A DNA stretch of 36,847 nt, taken from NCBI GenBank assembly GCA_003218525.1, contig QHNU01000064.1:9548-46394 (forward strand). Reading direction: 5' to 3'. The notes beneath the pieces were generated by a model. The model saw nothing but the letters and a program-made list of their open reading frames with translations. It did not search any database and was not told the DNA's origin. Source of the DNA: Verrucomicrobiota bacterium (GTDB lineage: Bacteria; Verrucomicrobiota; Verrucomicrobiia; Chthoniobacterales; UBA10450). Below, in pieces: positions 35,015 through 36,847 of this stretch (within the stretch, counting starts at the first letter, position 1; every line of letters begins with the position of its first letter). Position numbers and translations under genes: made by a program.

Positions 35015-35553
35015 ATCCGGTCACCGACGCGGAAATCAGATTCTCTGGAGGAGATAGATCATTGGGACGAGACGGAGCTGGTCCCTCTGCAGCCGTCGCG
35101 GTGGCCGAAGGTCGGAAGGACAAGAAATCTGAAACCCGTATCTACTCGTCCGCTGCCTTCACGCTCATCGAAATACTTATCGTTATCGGGATCATTCTGT
35201 TTCTCGCGGGATTATTACTTGCGGTTAGCGGCTTTGTTCAGGAGAAAGGTAAGCGTTCCCGCGCCGAGGCCGAGATCGCGGCTATGTCAGCCGCACTGGA
35301 AACTTACAAGGCGGATAATGGGATTTATCCGCAGAACGCCGACACAATAGCTTTAGACCCGACGGCTGACTTTGATTCAACTCCACCTTCGGCTGGGCAG
35401 ACGAATAAATATAGCAAGGCGAGCCTCTATTTGTACGAGCAATTATTCGGCGTTACTTCTGGGACACGATCCGAGACTCCTTCCAGTAAGTCTTATCTTA
35501 CATTCCAACCAAGCATGTTGTATCCCTGGTCCAGAGCACTGGTGGTTCGATAA
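35011..35553 (+). CDS. Prepilin-type N-terminal methylation-domain protein (GspG-like pseudopilin / type IV pilin-like)
   Basis: AAFTLIEILIVIGIILFLAGLLLAV (class III signal / N-methylation motif with Glu+5), followed by a GspG-like helix (KRSRAEAEIAAMSAALETYKADNGIYPQ). Start is ambiguous: GTG 35011 (GTGA overlap with gspF), TTG 35062 (9 nt after GGAGGAG) or GTG 35101. Confidence 0.75.
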   Translation: MNPVTDAEIRFSGGDRSLGRDGAGPSAAVAVAEGRKDKKSETRIYSSAAFTLIEILIVIGIILFLAGLLLAVSGFVQEKGKRSRAEAEIAAMSAALETYKADNGIYPQNADTIALDPTADFDSTPPSAGQTNKYSKASLYLYEQLFGVTSGTRSETPSSKSYLTFQPSMLYPWSRALVVR

Positions 35554-35692
35554 CAGCTGATACATCGAAGTGGATCAAGAATTGGTGACGCCATAGCGGC
35601 AATCCGTGATCAGTGAGATAGTGAGAGATTCCTCGGCTTCGCTCGGAACGACAAAAATTGTCTGCGCGGCTCAGGATGACGACGCCTCATTT

Positions 35693-35717
35693 TGTAGCGG
35701 CGGTCTCTGACCGTCGC
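35693..35717 (+). repeat. TGTAGC-type REP-like hairpin in the convergent intergenic region
   Basis: tgtaGCGGCGGTctctgACCGTCGC has an 8-bp stem with one G:T pair. It shares the TGTAGC lead-in with the two copies at 33.5-33.7 kb. Confidence 0.5.
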
Positions 35718-35749
35718 TAATCGCCGCCCGGCGAGCGCCCGCAAAAGAT

Positions 35750-36821
35750 TTACTCGTTAGTGTGAACGACGATCACCACGCGCCGATTCGGCTGCTGGCG
35801 CCTGATCTCGGCTTCTTCCTGCAACGGGTCCATCACCGGCCGAGGCGCGACCAGGAACTTCGAGGCACCAAATCCGCGCGTTTGAATCTGAGCTGGGTTA
35901 ATTCCCATGACGTTGACCAGATAATCTTTCACGCTATCGGCCCGTCGTTGGCTTAGATCCAGGTTGTATTCAAAAGAGCCGAAGGCATCGGTGTAACCTT
36001 CGATCGAAAATGTCGCTTTTGGATTTCTCCGGATCAGTGTCCCAAGCTTCTGCAGCTGCTCGACCGAACTAGCCTGCAATTCAGCGCTGTCGTATTGGAA
36101 AAGCTGGTCGTCTGGCATCCGGATCGCAGTGCCCGATCCAAGTGGACCTTTTTGCGCAAGTAACGAGTCCAGATCGCTAAATCCAAGATTGCGCCCTTTG
36201 CTCGGTCCGGCGCTGTCGGCCTGAATCTGGCTGGTGAAACTATTTGGACGCTTGATCGTTGTACTGGTCGCCAGCTCAGTGCCGCTCAACGCCGGTTGCG
36301 GCCGACCTGAGACGGCGGAATCGTTCAACATCGTTTGCCATCGTTTGCTCACGCGTTCCGTTCGGACTTTTCGACAGCGTCTGCGCTGTGCTTCGCTCGA
36401 TTTCGGTCAACATCGAAGTTGCGTCTGTCGGATCCACTCGCGGTTTATCCGGCAAGACATTCTGTGTGTCATCCGGAACCGCCGTTGTCGCCTGCACATC
36501 TTGCAGTAATTGATCGAACGACTTCTTCTCGTCGGGCAATTGCACGTCTGTCTTGTCCGGCTCTGGTTTGGCCGCCGGATTCAACTGATCCACACTGGCT
36601 TTGTCGAGAGCCGCCTGAGGCTCGACGCTTTTGACCTTGAAGGTTGGCGGCTGCGATGAAGAAGCCACCGCTACTTCGGCCGGCGTAAAGCGCACCCCGT
36701 AAAAATAGGCGCAAAGAATAAGGTGCAGGATCAGTGAAATGACCAGTCCGAAGAAGAGCCAGTTTCGCTGGCCGGTCGCGTTCAGAAGCGCCTCGTGCTC
36801 GTCGTAATCTGAAACTCGCAT
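35750..36821 (-). pseudogene. OmpA/MotB-like peptidoglycan-binding protein with an N-terminal TM anchor, frameshifted by a 10-bp tandem duplication
   Basis: ORF 36821-36276 gives the N-terminal TM segment (NWLFFGLVISLILHLILCAYFYG) and a linker. ORF 36352-35750 gives the OmpA_C domain (FSIEGYTDAFGSFEYNLDLSQRRADSVKDYL...NRRVVIVV). Deleting one copy of the repeat at 36329-36348 fuses both into one 353-codon frame (...GTREQTM|LNDSAVSGRPQP...). Confidence 0.75.
36329..36348. repeat. Perfect 10-bp tandem duplication (catcgtttgc x2)
   Basis: Read directly: 36329-36338 and 36339-36348 are both catcgtttgc. Confidence 0.95.
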
Positions 36822-36847
36822 CTGTAAACGAACCGGTAGCTGCTGCC

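Noticed and set aside
1-36847. CRISPR arrays, IS elements or transposases, integrases, toxin-antitoxin pairs and rRNA genes.
   Set aside because: Reading both strands, I found no regularly spaced direct repeats, no DDE, serine or tyrosine recombinase-like ORFs and no rRNA-like segments. The only repeats are those reported: the tRNA block, the TGTAGC hairpins and the 10-bp duplication.

Overview
This is 36.8 kb of densely coding bacterial chromosome, mid-50s %GC by eye, with genes on both strands. All family calls come from motif recognition in the translated ORFs; no database search was possible.

Most of the window is housekeeping:
- serA, trxC, tag, fba, lpxD, glgC and glmS
- a permease-Usp fusion, an MbfA-like iron exporter and one tRNA-Ala(CGC)
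- a type II secretion / type IV pilus-like block: two tandem GspE/PilB ATPases, a GspF/PilC platform protein and a pseudopilin

The 'AFTLIE' pseudopilin, the TGTAGC-hairpin intergenic repeats and the kinase-rich content suggest a PVC/Verrucomicrobia-like soil organism. That is inference only.

The most unusual region is 11.9-22.4 kb, a divergent pair of tightly coupled operons.
- Minus strand: a REC-histidine-kinase hybrid, then a stand-alone LanB-type (lantibiotic dehydratase N-terminal / PEARL-like) protein. This protein has no elimination domain, cyclase, transporter or obvious precursor. Its stop overlaps (GTGA) the start of a canonical Soj/ParA ATPase that has no ParB.
- Plus strand: a FabF-like ketosynthase that keeps the active-site Cys but has both catalytic His replaced (Cys-Tyr-Asn). 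It is translationally coupled to a multi-TM GAF-PAS kinase and a pseudo-receiver GAF-PAS kinase.
- No DNA-binding response regulator is present anywhere in the window.

I consider this the best candidate for an undescribed system, but its function is inference.

Other directly visible oddities:
- a duplicated 5' half of tRNA-Ala plus its upstream block, bracketing a ~2 kb low-coding island
- a perfect 10-bp tandem duplication that frameshifts an OmpA/MotB-like gene
- a frameshifted EamA transporter gene
- a UdgX-type (KRRIH) uracil-DNA glycosylase
- duplicated composite hairpin repeats, with a terminator, between gspE2 and gspF

No CRISPR array, transposase, integrase or rRNA was seen.
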